DNA from: Azolla caroliniana
Lineage: Eukaryota > Plantae > Polypodiophyta
Direction: 5' to 3'
DNA: 64,000 nt
Assembly (NCBI GenBank): GCA_043228905.1
Contig: JBHGNT010000011.1
Span: forward strand, 17,174,001 to 17,238,000
Each line of letters opens with the position of its first letter. The first letter of the stretch is position 1. Positions 22,807-35,100 of this stretch are shown here, piece by piece. The notes beneath the pieces are model-generated. The model ran no database searches. It had not been told where the DNA came from and worked only from the letters and a program-made list of their open reading frames with translations. The position numbers and the translations under genes were made by a program.

Positions 22807-24646
22807 GCACCTGCAAAATACATGATCTAGCAAACAACGTAGTAGAAGCAATATACCAAATAGTTGCTAGAAGAACTTGGTTAGCTATAATGAGGAGCAA
22901 CTAACGTATCTGTATTAACATGAAGTCCCACTTGGTAGGCTAAGTAGCGAGTAGTGGTTCCATCAAGAACCCATTTGAATTCCTACGAAGGCATCCAAGC
23001 AGGCAACGAATTTTGTGATACTCAAAAACCAAGAGATTTATGCCAATTTATCTTTACTTTAGAGGCCAAACAGAATTCCTCCACTACTACTTGCAATTTT
23101 CTTAAATGATCATCATTACTTGGACATAAATTGCAGTATCATCTACGAATTTTGAATCCAACAATTGTTGTTGCATTGCGGGCAAAGGCAAACCTTTAAG
23201 AGAAACTTGAGAAGAATTTAAATTGCCTCCCATTAGGTCTTATTATTTCATGTAAATGTTGAGCAAAGATGTTGCCATGAAAAGCTCGAGCAATGTGAAT
23301 TGATGGTTCATATTGGAACCCTTAATTGCCAATTGAGTGATCTCTTTATCATCATAGACTTGTGAAAATGTGGCTTGATCAATTAAAGAGTACTAGTATT
23401 TGGAATGTTTCTATCACTTATTTGTAGATCCAAAATATAGAAGAGATAGGTATAATATGGCATAAACACGTGCATGCCACACATATATGTGTATGTGTAC
23501 ATATGCATATTCTACATCTGTGTATGTGTGTGTGTGTGTGTGTATCTGCATGTGTTTAAGTGTATCTTTCAGAATATATTCTCATTGTCAAATTTATTCA
23601 TGAGCATTTGATTTGTAAACCCAACACTATGATAGTCTTATAAAGTTATACGTATCAAGAGTGGAGCCTATTCACTACTACTTGACATATGGGAAATGGC
23701 AATAGAGAAGATTTCGTTTGATCTTTCCCTCATTAAAAATCTCTTACTTTGTTTAAAGGATACAATCGAGCCATTGAAGGTGTTATATAGCACCTTTTGA
23801 TCTTAGGAATATTTTGGTATGTGTGTTCATGTATGTATCAAGACAAATAGACTATATACGAGGTATGTGTACATATTTTTTCCATTTTTCTTCTTGTGCT
23901 TGACTAGGAATGGGAGTGATTGTCATTCAATATCATAGGTTTTGGCCATGTATAAATTTTGGCTTTGTGAACAAAGATAAAATATTTGCACCTCTCACAT
24001 CGAAACCATTCAACCCCCACTCCTTTTCAAGAGACTTTGATGGAAAAGTAACAAGTCTACACACATTGCCATTTCCTTTATAGAACATGCTACACCTTGT
24101 AACATTTTTTGTACGACGCTAAACCTCTTTTATTTATGTTTTCTTTTCGATGATTGGGTACACATCCCAATATTGCAATCAATTGTCTTGTGAGCCAAAT
24201 TTGGTCTTAGAAGATGCTAATACATATTTCTTTCTTTCTCAATGGAATATATATTGGACCTCTCAAGTGATGATAGGAAGCATGTGATCATTGAAGAAAG
24301 GCTAAATGAGCTATTGCGCATGAAATGACAATATGCAAAAAACTCAAAACAATAATACCACATTGCAAACAACCCTGAATGTTGGATCCATTTTGAGGTT
24401 ACAACGTGAAACCATACCATACAACATCTTACCACCCCCACGAGCCTTAGCTAACACAAAATCATTTCACTTCTTTGGACTCCCTCGCCCTTTCACTTCT
24501 TTGAACTCGTTGTTAGGTGTTGAGTTAGTGTCATTGTATTATAAAGCAAGTATGATGATATGCAAGGTATATAATTGTTGGGATTTCGGTCCCTCCGGAT
24601 GGGATGTCCGGAGATGAATGACGGCAAGCCCGGTTGCGGTTACGGT

Positions 24647-24850
24647 GCCGGATGATGAAGACCCCGGCTACGGAGCCGGATGATGAAGACCCCGGTTACG
24701 GTGCCGGATGATGAAGACCTCGGCTACGGAGCCGGATGATGAAGACCCCGGCTACGGTGCCGGATGATGAAGACCCCGGCTACGGAGCCGGATGATGAAT
24801 ACCCCGGCTACGGAGCCGGATGCTGAAGACCCCGGTTACGGAGCCGGATG
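24647..24850. repeat. 28-bp tandem repeat x7+ in the Copia-2 LTR U3 (also ~29523-29726)
   Basis: GCCGGATGATGAAGACCCCGGCTACGGW units at 24647, 24675, 24703, 24731, 24759, 24787, 24815 and a partial unit at 24843. Confidence 0.95.
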
Positions 24851-25367
24851 ACGAATGTACCCGGAGGGAGATCCGGATGCGGGGACATATTTGTGAATAT
24901 GTTTGCCAAGAGCCCTTGAGGCTATATTTGTAAATAGCCCGAAAGTCATATGTGTATAAATATGACTTAGGGCAAACAGTTTATGTTGCTGCTTATTTTT
25001 CTGTTTTTCCACTCAAGGGGAGTGAAGAGAGAGTAGCCGTGAGAGAGAGAGAGAGATAGAGCGCGAGAGACGAAGAGGTAGACGCCTCTGTGTATTTCCG
25101 CCGCCTGTGGCGAGGACAGCGAGCTCAAGGTCGTCGCCTTGCAGCTCGCCATTGTATACTTCTCTGTACAGTGTTTGGTTTGGAGTCTTGTACTCCCGTG
25201 GTTTTTCCCGTCTAGGGTTTTCCACGTAAAACATCCAGTGTACCCTTCTCTCTATTGTTTTCGTGCATTGTTGTATTTCCCGTTTTCTGTGAATCGATCC
25301 AGTTCCTCGGTTGTGGCCGAGCACGGAATTTCGACAAAGTGGTATCAGAGCGACGGTAACACAGAAA

Positions 25368-28300
25368 ATGGAAGGCGGCAGCAGCGGGCAGCCGGGGATG
25401 ATGGTGCTGAATGCGCAGAACTACGCCGACTGGAAGATAAAGATGGAGGATCTGCTCATTGTTCGGGACCTGTATGAACCGATCGACAGGTCGGAAATAC
25501 CCAAGGGGGTACTTGAGACGGAGTGGAGGCTTCTGAACCGGAAAGCCGTTGCAACCATTCGGCAATACGTCGACGTGAGCGTTCTACAACACGTGGCGAA
25601 CGACACCAACGCATATGAGATGTGGAGGAAGCTGTCGGGCCTCTACGAGAGGAAGAATGCGTTGAACCGAACCTCCCTGATGAGAAAGATAGTGAACCTC
25701 AAGTATCGGGACGGCGAGAGTATGGTGGAACACGTAAGCACGTTCATGGGATTCGTGAACCAGCTTGCGGCGATCAAGTTCCCGTTGGAGGATGCAATGC
25801 AAGCCATCATTCTGATGTGTACATTGCCGGAAAGCTGGGAGAACTTGGTGGTGACTCTCAGCACCTCCTGCACCGAAGATAACTTGTCTCTACAAACGGT
25901 AAAGACAAGCATTTTGAACGAAGAAGCGCGTCGGAGAGATAAAGAACCGGCCTCCGACTCGAAGGCGCTGCTTACCGAATCGGATCGGGGAAGACAATGG
26001 AACCGGAGTCCGCAAAGACGGGAGAAGTCGGGGACCCGGTCGCAGTCAAGAGGAAGGCCCACATGCTTCCACTGTGGGAAGCCGGGGCACTTCCGGAAGA
26101 ATTGTCGGCATTACCGAAAGGACAACGGAGCCGACGACACCGATTCGAAGAAGTCACCGGAGAGAAACGGTGCATACCGGGGAGCCACGGACCGGAGAGG
26201 TCCGGATCGGCGAGGGCAGGACCGGAAAGGAACGACGGCACTCGCGGCAAGTGAAGAAGAGATAATGCTCATTACCGAAGAGAGGGAGCTGAACCTTGCC
26301 GGTGTAGAGATGACCTGGGTGGTCGATTCCGGAGCGTCGTTCCACCTGACCCCGGAGAAGAAATACTTCTCATCCTACACAGCCGGTGAGCATGGCTGTG
26401 TCCGGATGGGAAATGAAGGCACATGCCGGATTGCCGGCATAGGAGACGTGTGGCTGATGACATCAACCGGATGCAAGATGCTGCTGAAGGATGTGCGACA
26501 CGTTCCGGAAGTCCGATTGAACCTGATCTCGGCCGGGAGGCTAGATGATGAAGGCTACACGGGTAGCATCCGGAACGGTGTCATGAAGTTCAGCAAGGGG
26601 AGCCTGATAGTGGCTCGGGCCCGGAAGGTCAACACACTGTACCTGATGAACTCCCGGCTATGTCCGGAAGAGCTGAATGTGGCAGCCGACACTGCCGGTG
26701 AGCTGTGGCACAAAAGACTGTGCCACATGAGTGAGAAGGGGATGAAGAGGCTTGCAGAAGACAACCTTATCCCAGTGAAGCATGTGCACCTGGAAAAGTG
26801 CACCGATTGCCTGGCCGGTAAGCAGAACCGAACCTCCTTCCACTCAAGGCCACCGACGAGACGTAGCGCACCATTGGAGTTGGTGCACACCGATGTGTGT
26901 CAGGTAGAAACGAAGTCACATGGCGGAGCCCAGTACTTCGTAACATTCATAGATGATCATAGCCGAAGACTGTGGACGGCACCGATGAAGACAAAGGACC
27001 AAGTGTTGTCCGTCTTCAAAGAACTCCACGCGAGAGTGGAAAGAGAATCCGGCAAGAAGCTGAAAGCGATACGAGCGGATAACGGAGGGGAATACCGGGG
27101 GCAGTTCCAGGAGTACTGTCGCTCGAAGGGGATCCGGCTCGAGTTTACTGTGCCGAAGACGCCGGAACTGAACGGGCTGGCCGAGAGGATGAACCGGACC
27201 ATAATGGAGAGGGTCCGGAGTATGCTGGCGCATGCGAAATTACCCAAGGGGTTTTGGGCTGAGGCAATGTCGACGGCGACGTATGTGATAAATAGATCAC
27301 CCTCAGTACCTTTGGACGGAGACACGCCGCAGAAAGTGTGGACCGGTAAGGAAGTGTCCTACCGGCATCTGAAGGTGTTCGGGTGTCTCGCATACGTGCA
27401 TGTGGCAAAGGACCGGAGAGGAAAGCTAGATCCAAAGACCCGGCCATGCATATTCCTCGGTTACGGCGACGACGAGTTCGGCTACCGAGTATGGGACCCG
27501 GTCGACAAGAAGATATTCAGGAGTCGAGATATCATCTTCATGGAGAACAAGACACTCGCCGACTGGGAGTCGGAGAAGAAGATGAAGAGCTCCAAGTCGA
27601 CCGGTGAGGATCAACTCTACGAGGAGCAGTCCCGACCGGCAAGGGACCGGTTAGCTCTCGAGGATCCGGCCGAAGACGGTGAAGAAACAGAACCGGCCGA
27701 AGAAGATGAAAATGATACCGGAACCGGCCCCGATCCCGAAATGGATTCGGATGAAGAAGAATCGGAAGAACCGGTTACCGAAGCTCCGGAACGGAGATAT
27801 CCTCTAAGAGAGAGAAGGGCCCCCCGGAGATTTCCGGAACCAGAGCACGTGCTGCTAACCGACGAGGGGGAGCCGGAGAGCTTTGAAGAAGCAAAGCATG
27901 ACACCCAGAGCCGCAGGTGGTTGAGTGCCATGCAGGACGAGATGGATTCCCTGCATGAGAACCACACATATGAACTTGTGGAGTTGCCGAAAGGAAAGCG
28001 GGCACTTCGAAACAAGTGGGTGTTCAAGCTGAAACCGGGAGATGCCGGAAACCCCCCGAGATACAAAGCCAGGATCGTGGTGAAGGGGTTTCAGCAGAAG
28101 AAGGGCGTCGACTTCGACGAGATATTTGCCCCGGTAGTGAAGATGACCTCCATCCGGACGGTGCTGAGCATAGCGGCAAGCATGGACCTCGAGGTAGAAC
28201 AGATGGACGTGAAGACGGCATTCCTTCACGGTGACCTCGAAGAAGAGATCTACATGCAGCAACCGGAAGGATTCGAGAAGAAAGGGAAGGAGCACCTGGT

Positions 28301-29441
28301 ATGCCGGTTGAAGAAGAGCCTTTACGGACTGAAGCAGGCTCCCCGGCAATGGTACCGGAAGTTCAACTCCTTCATGACCGACGAAGGGTACCACAAAACG
28401 CAGTCCGATCACTGTGTGTTTGTGAAGAAGTTCGAAGGAGGAGACTTTCTAATACTCCTCCTATACGTGGACGACATGTTGATCGTCGGACGGGACCAGG
28501 TCAAGATACGGATGCTGAAGAAGGCTCTTCACCGAACCTTCTCAATGAAGGACCTGGGTCCGGCGAGGCAAATACTAGGGATGCACATCATCCGGGACCG
28601 GAAGAAGAAGCAGTTGTGGCTGTCACAGGAGAAGTACGTGACAAAGGTGCTTCACCGGTTCAACATGTCGGAAGCAAGACCGGTCGGGTCAACCCTCCCG
28701 GCAAACTGCAAGTTGTCCAGCAAGCAGAGCCCCAAGAGAAAGGCTGAGAAGGAGGACATGATGAAAGTACCATATGCCTCTGCCGTCGGAAGCTTGATGT
28801 ACGCAATGGTGTGTACAAGACCGGACATAGGATACGCAGTCGGAGTGGTGAGCCGGTACATGAGCAATCTCGGCAAAGACCACTGGAACGCGGTCAAGTG
28901 GATACTCCGATACCTGAAGGGCACGACAAACGTGTGCCTCCGATTCGGCTCCGGTAAGCCCGAACTCGACGGCTTTACCGATTCGGATATGTCGGCTGAT
29001 GAAGATACCAGCCGGTCCACATCAGGGTATGTGATGACGTATGCAGGGGGAGCTGTTTCGTGGCAGTCGAGGCTGCAGAAGACGGTTGCGTTGTCAACCA
29101 CGGAGGCGGAGTACATGGCGGCTGTTGAAGCCGGCAAGGAAATAATATGGATGAAGGACTTCATTAGAGAGCTCGGTATCCGGCAAGAGGAGTACCGACT
29201 CTACTGCGACAGTCAGAGTGCCATCCACCTTGCGAAGAACGCGGCCTATCACTCCCGGACGAAGCACATCCAGCGAAGATATCACTGGATCCGGGAAAGG
29301 ATAGAAGACCAGGAGTTCATGCTGACGAAGATCCACACGGAAGAGAACGGGTCAGATATGCTGACCAAAGTGCTCACACCCGACAAGCTGGAAGCGTGCC
29401 GGAAGAGGGTCGGATTGGAGAGACATCCCATGCCGAAGTGA
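25368..29441 (+). CDS. Copia-2 Gag-Pol polyprotein (~1357 aa)
   Basis: Open frame: CFHCGKPGHFRKNC, WVVDSGAS, WHKRLCH, HTDVC, ADNGGEY, YVDDML, FTDSD, TKHIQRRYHW. Confidence 0.97.
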   Translation: MEGGSSGQPGMMVLNAQNYADWKIKMEDLLIVRDLYEPIDRSEIPKGVLETEWRLLNRKAVATIRQYVDVSVLQHVANDTNAYEMWRKLSGLYERKNALNRTSLMRKIVNLKYRDGESMVEHVSTFMGFVNQLAAIKFPLEDAMQAIILMCTLPESWENLVVTLSTSCTEDNLSLQTVKTSILNEEARRRDKEPASDSKALLTESDRGRQWNRSPQRREKSGTRSQSRGRPTCFHCGKPGHFRKNCRHYRKDNGADDTDSKKSPERNGAYRGATDRRGPDRRGQDRKGTTALAASEEEIMLITEERELNLAGVEMTWVVDSGASFHLTPEKKYFSSYTAGEHGCVRMGNEGTCRIAGIGDVWLMTSTGCKMLLKDVRHVPEVRLNLISAGRLDDEGYTGSIRNGVMKFSKGSLIVARARKVNTLYLMNSRLCPEELNVAADTAGELWHKRLCHMSEKGMKRLAEDNLIPVKHVHLEKCTDCLAGKQNRTSFHSRPPTRRSAPLELVHTDVCQVETKSHGGAQYFVTFIDDHSRRLWTAPMKTKDQVLSVFKELHARVERESGKKLKAIRADNGGEYRGQFQEYCRSKGIRLEFTVPKTPELNGLAERMNRTIMERVRSMLAHAKLPKGFWAEAMSTATYVINRSPSVPLDGDTPQKVWTGKEVSYRHLKVFGCLAYVHVAKDRRGKLDPKTRPCIFLGYGDDEFGYRVWDPVDKKIFRSRDIIFMENKTLADWESEKKMKSSKSTGEDQLYEEQSRPARDRLALEDPAEDGEETEPAEEDENDTGTGPDPEMDSDEEESEEPVTEAPERRYPLRERRAPRRFPEPEHVLLTDEGEPESFEEAKHDTQSRRWLSAMQDEMDSLHENHTYELVELPKGKRALRNKWVFKLKPGDAGNPPRYKARIVVKGFQQKKGVDFDEIFAPVVKMTSIRTVLSIAASMDLEVEQMDVKTAFLHGDLEEEIYMQQPEGFEKKGKEHLVCRLKKSLYGLKQAPRQWYRKFNSFMTDEGYHKTQSDHCVFVKKFEGGDFLILLLYVDDMLIVGRDQVKIRMLKKALHRTFSMKDLGPARQILGMHIIRDRKKKQLWLSQEKYVTKVLHRFNMSEARPVGSTLPANCKLSSKQSPKRKAEKEDMMKVPYASAVGSLMYAMVCTRPDIGYAVGVVSRYMSNLGKDHWNAVKWILRYLKGTTNVCLRFGSGKPELDGFTDSDMSADEDTSRSTSGYVMTYAGGAVSWQSRLQKTVALSTTEAEYMAAVEAGKEIIWMKDFIRELGIRQEEYRLYCDSQSAIHLAKNAAYHSRTKHIQRRYHWIRERIEDQEFMLTKIHTEENGSDMLTKVLTPDKLEACRKRVGLERHPMPK

Positions 29442-30499
29442 AGGGGGAGTTTGTTGGGATTTCGGTCCCTCCGGATGGGATGTCCGGAGATGAATGACGG
29501 CAAGCCCGGTTGCGGTTACGGTGCCGGATGATGAAGACCCCGGCTACGGAGCCGGATGATGAAGACCCCGGTTACGGTGCCGGATGATGAAGACCCCGGC
29601 TACGGAGCCGGATGATGAAGACCCCGGCTACGGTGCCGGATGATGAAGACCCCGGCTACGGAGCCGGATGATGAATACCCCGGCTACGGAGCCGGATGCT
29701 GAAGACCCCGGTTACGGAGCCGGATGACGAATGTACCCGGAGGGAGATCCGGATGCGGGGACATATTTGTGAATATGTTTGCCAAGAGCCCTTGAGGCTA
29801 TATTTGTAAATAGCCCGAAAGTCATATGTGTATAAATATGACTTAGGGCAAACAGTTTATGTTGCTGCTTATTTTTCTGTTTTTCCACTCAAGGGGAGTG
29901 AAGAGAGAGTAGCCGTGAGAGAGAGAGAGAGATAGAGCGCGAGAGACGAAGAGGTAGACGCCTCTGTGTATTTCCGCCGCCTGTGGCGAGGACAGCGAGC
30001 TCAAGGTCGTCGCCTTGCAGCTCGCCATTGTATACTTCTCTGTACAGTGTTTGGTTTGGAGTCTTGTACTCCCGTGGTTTTTCCCGTCTAGGGTTTTCCA
30101 CGTAAAACATCCAGTGTACCCTTCTCTCTATTGTTTTCGTGCATTGTTGTATTTCCCGTTTTCTGTGAATCGATCCAGTTCCTCGGTTGTGGCCGAGCAC
30201 GGAATTTCGACAATAATGATGACTTAATGGATGATGTATCTCTCTTCTCATAGGGGCAATATATAATGTGATTCGTGAAAATCATAAAGACTTGTTAAGT
30301 GGGTGTGAAAACTTAGTTTCCATATTCAAAATATTGTTTAGAATGTTGGTCACATATGTGTGCTCATTATTTTCTCATAAGGACCTTTTTAGTATCATAG
30401 TAATCCCTTTCTTAGGAAGGAGAGGAGACACATACAATATGTATATTGTGATCCCATGGATCAAAATTAACCTCCTCTACGACAAGGTGTTGCTCTAGG

Positions 30500-32070
30500 C
30501 ATGGTCTTTGGGGTTCAATCCAGTTGATAGAGCAACGAAAACTTAGCAACCCTAGGGTTGTCACTGTCGCCTTTCATGACTTCCCTCCCCACTTGGGCCA
30601 TCTGCTCCCATTTTTTGGCGAACAGATAGGGTAGACAAGGTCGCGGAGGTGCCCAATTTGTGCATCTTAGTGCCTTCCCTACATGGATTGTCAACAAGAA
30701 TTAGGCTCTACTTTGAGGAGCCCACAGTGGTGAAGGTGGTCTATGACGAATTCCTTAGGTAGTGTTTCTTCTGCAAACACAAAGGACACCTAGCTAAGGT
30801 GTGTCCACATAAGATTGGGAAGGGAAGCTTAGGACCTTGAGCCTCGGGGAAGGACACATCTACCAAGGATGACAAGGCTCCTTGGCAACCCGTTAAGAAG
30901 AAGGGGAAAGTTGGAAGCCCTGATGTGGCCTTTCCCCCCTCTCAAGGCCTTCCCTCAAAAAGAAGTCCCACAACCTTGTCACTAATGGGAAGGGCAACGT
31001 CAAGGACAACAGAAAGGGCATTACATGCAAACAATCTCTTGGCCTTGCGAGGTCCCTCTGGGATAACGGGATGTTGGATTTGCAACATAGAAGCCTAAAT
31101 GTATCACGGGAACTATTTGACATGGATTGGGAATGGTAGGCCAAGAACCCCTTAGAGGCTCCACAATCTCTTGTTGGACCACGTGGTGGTTGGATGCCCA
31201 TCAGGAATGGCAGGCCGAGAACCCCTCAAGGGCTCTACAATCTCATGTTGGATCACGTGGGTATCGGCTGCCGAGGGTAACCTCCAACGATGAGGAGGGG
31301 TATGTATTTTGATCAGAGAGAAGGCTCCATACGAGGTAGCATCACATGGCTTATTGGTGGAGGGTCGAGCCTTATATGTGCGCCTAAAATGGAATCGCGT
31401 ACAATTTGGGGGGCTCAACATTTATGCCCTAACTCATCGTCCAAGAGAGCAATATTTTGGGGGATGATAGCGACAACATTGCCTGAAGTAGAGCCTGGGT
31501 AATGGCCAGTGATTTCATCATGATTGAGCTCTTGGGAGATAGGAAAGAGGGAACCCATAGATCAATTCATGGTGTAGAGCTAGAATCTTGGGGTTTCCTA
31601 ATTGGCAATCGGGGTGAAGGATACATGGGGCTCTTCCCTTAGGAGTTCCTCACATTCATTACACTTCTTCGGAGCAGCCTTGAATGCTATGGGAGGCAGC
31701 CTTGCACGGCTAGACCGCGTATACATCAACTCGTCCCTAGAAGAACTGGGGGGATCCTTTGCTATCTTGGCAGGACTTACCTTCTCTGATCACCAGTTGG
31801 TGAGATTATACCTTAACCCACCCAATGGAAACAAGGGGAATCTCAATGTGAAAATCCCCATGAAGATCATGAAGAGTGCAAAGGTGAAGGCAAAGGAGAC
31901 CTTTGTTAGTGAATCGTCCAATGAGGATTTGGAGAAAAAATTGGCCCTCTCCTCCTTATAACAGGAAACCAAGTGGGCCCTTCAACAATTAGAGCCATGG
32001 AAACAAAATTCAAGAGATCCGTTGTGGCGGCGCAACGGTTGCTATAGGCGGGTCCAGGTTGCGGTTGGTC
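30500..32070 (+). pseudogene. Degenerate L1 LINE 5' part (ORF1 zinc knuckle + APE endonuclease), truncated
   Basis: CFFCKHKGHLAKVC (~30763), NIYAPN-like motif, ARLDRVY, FSDH. Confidence 0.7.
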
Positions 32071-32189
32071 TTAAAATTTCCCCTCTTATTTCTATACACC
32101 ATTTCCTAGTAATCGTGTGCACATGTTGCACACCACCGACTTGCCCTTTCCACCCTGGTTTCCGCCTATGGACGAAAATCTTCACGACA
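32070..32189 (-). mobile_element. Truncated 5' end of a family-B-like LTR
   Basis: Minus strand TGTCGTGAAGATTTTCGTCCA, as at 36718 and 40292, flanked by ACGT. Confidence 0.75.
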
Positions 32190-35100
32190 ACGTCGAATCC
32201 CACTATCCGGCCCTTAGCCCTCGTCCAAGATATCTAGAATACTCTGCTCCAGGGTATCCAATGGTTGTTCGGAACTCTGTTGTTGTTGTTGTTGCGGCTG
32301 CTGTTGCTGTTGTTGTGGTTGTTGTGGCTGTTGTTGTGGCTCCGACTCCTCCGATTGTTGCTCCTTAGATGGCGTTTGTTCGGCTCCCAGTACCGGCGGT
32401 TGTGGCGGTGATTCCTTCGTTAGCTACTCCGCTGGATTTGACTTCGGTTGACTCACCCCGGCCTTGTCTCCGTCTGGTCCTTGCTCCGGTGATGGCTCCT
32501 CATCGCTGAGGTTGATGATCGTCGCCTGCTTTGCTTCTTCTCTCCGTAGCCTGGTCCGCTCATAGCTCTCAAACTGGATTTGAGCATCCAGTCGATCATT
32601 GTCTAGTTGTGCTACCAGTTGTCGGACCATTGCTGATTGTTCCTCTGCCAGAGTTACAAAATCTTCGGCTAGCTCATCTCTTACAGCGGTGAAGTCCTCC
32701 TTTGTTAGCATGTAGCAGTCATCGCCATCCTTCTGCCAGTTTTCCGCATCCGCCCTTAGCAACTGGAGCTCGGTTGTGTGCTTTGCCCATTTGTCCCACC
32801 ATTGCATGGAGCTCTCGTCAATCAAGAGTTTGTTCTTGTTTCTCCATGCTTGGACAATGAACTGGATCCGCTCCAATCCCATATTCAATTTGTCCTTCGC
32901 GGCTTGTCGTTCGTCCTTCAATTGCTTGATCAGTGCCATCGTATCCACCTCCTACTCCCGGTAATGTGACAATTGGGTCTGATAGGTGTTCTGCAGCCTT
33001 TGCAGTACCATTGTCGCTCTTTCCTTCTCTTCATAATGCTTCTTATGGAGCTCCATCCGTTCTTGCGCGGCTTCCTCCAGCAGCGTGGTTCTTTCAGCCC
33101 GTTCCTCCGCTAGCGCCGTCTCAACTCGATGCACCTCCTGTCGGAGCTCTGCCATCTTCTCCTGCTGTTTCTTATGCTCCATATCCAGGTGCTTGTAGTC
33201 CCGGTGCAGGTGCTCAAAATCATCAGTCTTCTGCTTTAGCTTTTGGTTGAGTTGCCGGCGAGCGCGGTCTTCTTGATCCTTCTGTTGACAGAGTTCTTCT
33301 TTCAGTCTTTTGATCTCTATTTCCGCTATCCGTTGCAGCTTCTCCTTTTCTTGCAGCGCTTTCTCTTTCTCGTCCTTCAACCCGTCATAGGCCTGATGTC
33401 CTTTCCGCAGATTCTCTTCTGCCCGACGGAGGTTCTCAGCAGTCTTTCGTTGCTCTTCTTCTGCCGCTTTCTTCAAGTCCCGCTCCCGGGTGCATAATGC
33501 TTCCTGTGCGGCCAGTTCATCCCTCAATTCAGCAAGCTCTTTTGCTTGCGCCACCACTATCTCTGGGACTGGTTCTCTCTCCGGGGTCTTGTTGCTATGT
33601 ACAGGTGCCAGTGTTTCTTTATTCTGTACATCTACCAGAGTCACCGGTGCTTAAATCGGTGATCCGGTTAAGGCCATTTTAGCCAATTCATATGTGGCCA
33701 GGTCCAAGTCTTGTTCTAAGCTCCGAATCCTTGACCGGGTCGTCTCTAGTTCTCCGGTTGTGACGAGCAACCGGTCCACCTGCGCTTTCTCTTCCGCCTC
33801 TATGTAGTGTACCACTTCGGCAATCTGTTCTCCAATCCACCGGAGCCATTGGCTGTCGGTGCCCTGTTGTTGCATCTGCCCAGAGGGTTGGCTGTTGGTG
33901 TCGCTGGCCAGTGGTTGGTTTTGTCCAGTTGCGTCGAGCTGCAACTCTGGCTCTTGTTGGTGACCACTTTGTCGTTCTGGTTGTGGCTCCGTTGGCCGCT
34001 CTGCCTCTGAATGCTCTTGGCCTGCCGGTGGGGTAGGCAACTGTACTTCCGGCGCTTGCATTTCGGGTCTTGCCGTATCCTGACCCGCCGGTAGAGGTTG
34101 TTGTGCAGGGAGCTCTGTGACTGGTTCTGTCCGAACCGGTTCTAGTTCCATCCTTGGTACGGGCTGCTCAGTGCAGGGTACAAGCGTTCCATCCTTCTTT
34201 GGGTCCGAACTCTCCTCGGCATGTTCGGAGGTGCTTGCCTTCTCGCGCCACTAGAGGTGCTCTAACGGTTCCTCCTCCACTTCCTCCTCCTGAGTCCCGA
34301 TGTTGATTTTCGTTGCCAAGGGGTCCGGCGCTTGTTGAACCGGTCGGTGAAGCCTGATCTTGATTGGCCGTACCGGTGGCTCCTCCTGCATTTCCGCCTG
34401 CCGCTTCCTATTGGCGTGCTCCTTTGCCGCCTAGTCCGTTGTCGTGAAGAATTTCGGCCAGAGGCGGAAACCGGGAAATATTGGCTACATCGGCAGGGTG
34501 CAGCATGTGCGCTCACCCTTGTACATTAAGGGTGAATACCGAGGTCGCCTTTATGGTGCCGAAGAGTAGTCAAGTCGGGACAGAGAATCCCATGTAAGTC
34601 GGGATTTATCCCACATTGTAACGCATCTCCCTCCTTGTTCTATAAAAGGAAGGGAGCGCCTCTTGTGAAGGGGTTGCCCATTTTTGCATTCGTAGGGTAT
34701 ACCGTTAGAGGAAGAAACGTTCTCTCTTCCTCTTTCTTTCCCCTTGTTTACGGTTTCGTTTCTTTTCTCTACTTCTTCCTCTTCGTTGTTCTGAGTATCG
34801 AGCCTTGGCATCTCCTGTTCCTGTTTCCTGCCTGTTCTCTATGCAAGACCCCGTTTGGCACGACAAGCCCGAGAGCTCCCCCCCCCGACCAACGGCTTGG
34901 CAGTAGACGACTGTTGTAACTTGAGCTACTTAGGTCGGGCTCAATACCAGTATTGTATCTTAGTCTTGTAATATATGCATGGAGGGTTCTACGCATCGTG
35001 TTATGTGAGTGTTTTGGTGTTCTCTTAACTCCGTTTCTGTACATAAGGGCGTAAGTTGGGTCGGTGGTGGTATGTGTGTGTGTGGGTATGACTTGGTGTC

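Larger units (their letters stand above)
12804..23330 (-). pseudogene. Degenerate L1-type LINE ORF2 (RT to zf-RVT and 3' end), host of three gypsy insertions
   Basis: RT core remnant KFVDDTAIY (~23125-23155), RYLAYQVG (~22930), zf-RVT at 19080-19270. Segments join across TSDs GAAGA, TTACC and GCACC. Confidence 0.75.
24576..30212 (+). mobile_element. Copia-2: intact Ty1/copia (Tnt1/Tork-like); TSD ATAAT
   Basis: 761-bp LTRs at 24576-25336 and 29452-30212 (one difference seen). PBS-Met at 25340-25351, PPT GAAGGGGGAG. Confidence 0.97.

Noticed and set aside
24647-24850. 28-bp repeats as CRISPR
   Set aside because: Head-to-tail with no spacers, and duplicated in both LTRs.
25311-25367. N-terminal extension of the Copia-2 ORF from the ORF track
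   Set aside because: It starts at a non-ATG codon inside the LTR and crosses the PBS. The paralog starts at the ATG equivalent to 25368.
32023-32189. 167-bp mini solo LTR with a CCGT/ACGT TSD
   Set aside because: The left part still reads as LINE ORF2 (VVAAQRLL..) and the two flanks belong to different elements, so this is a deletion junction.
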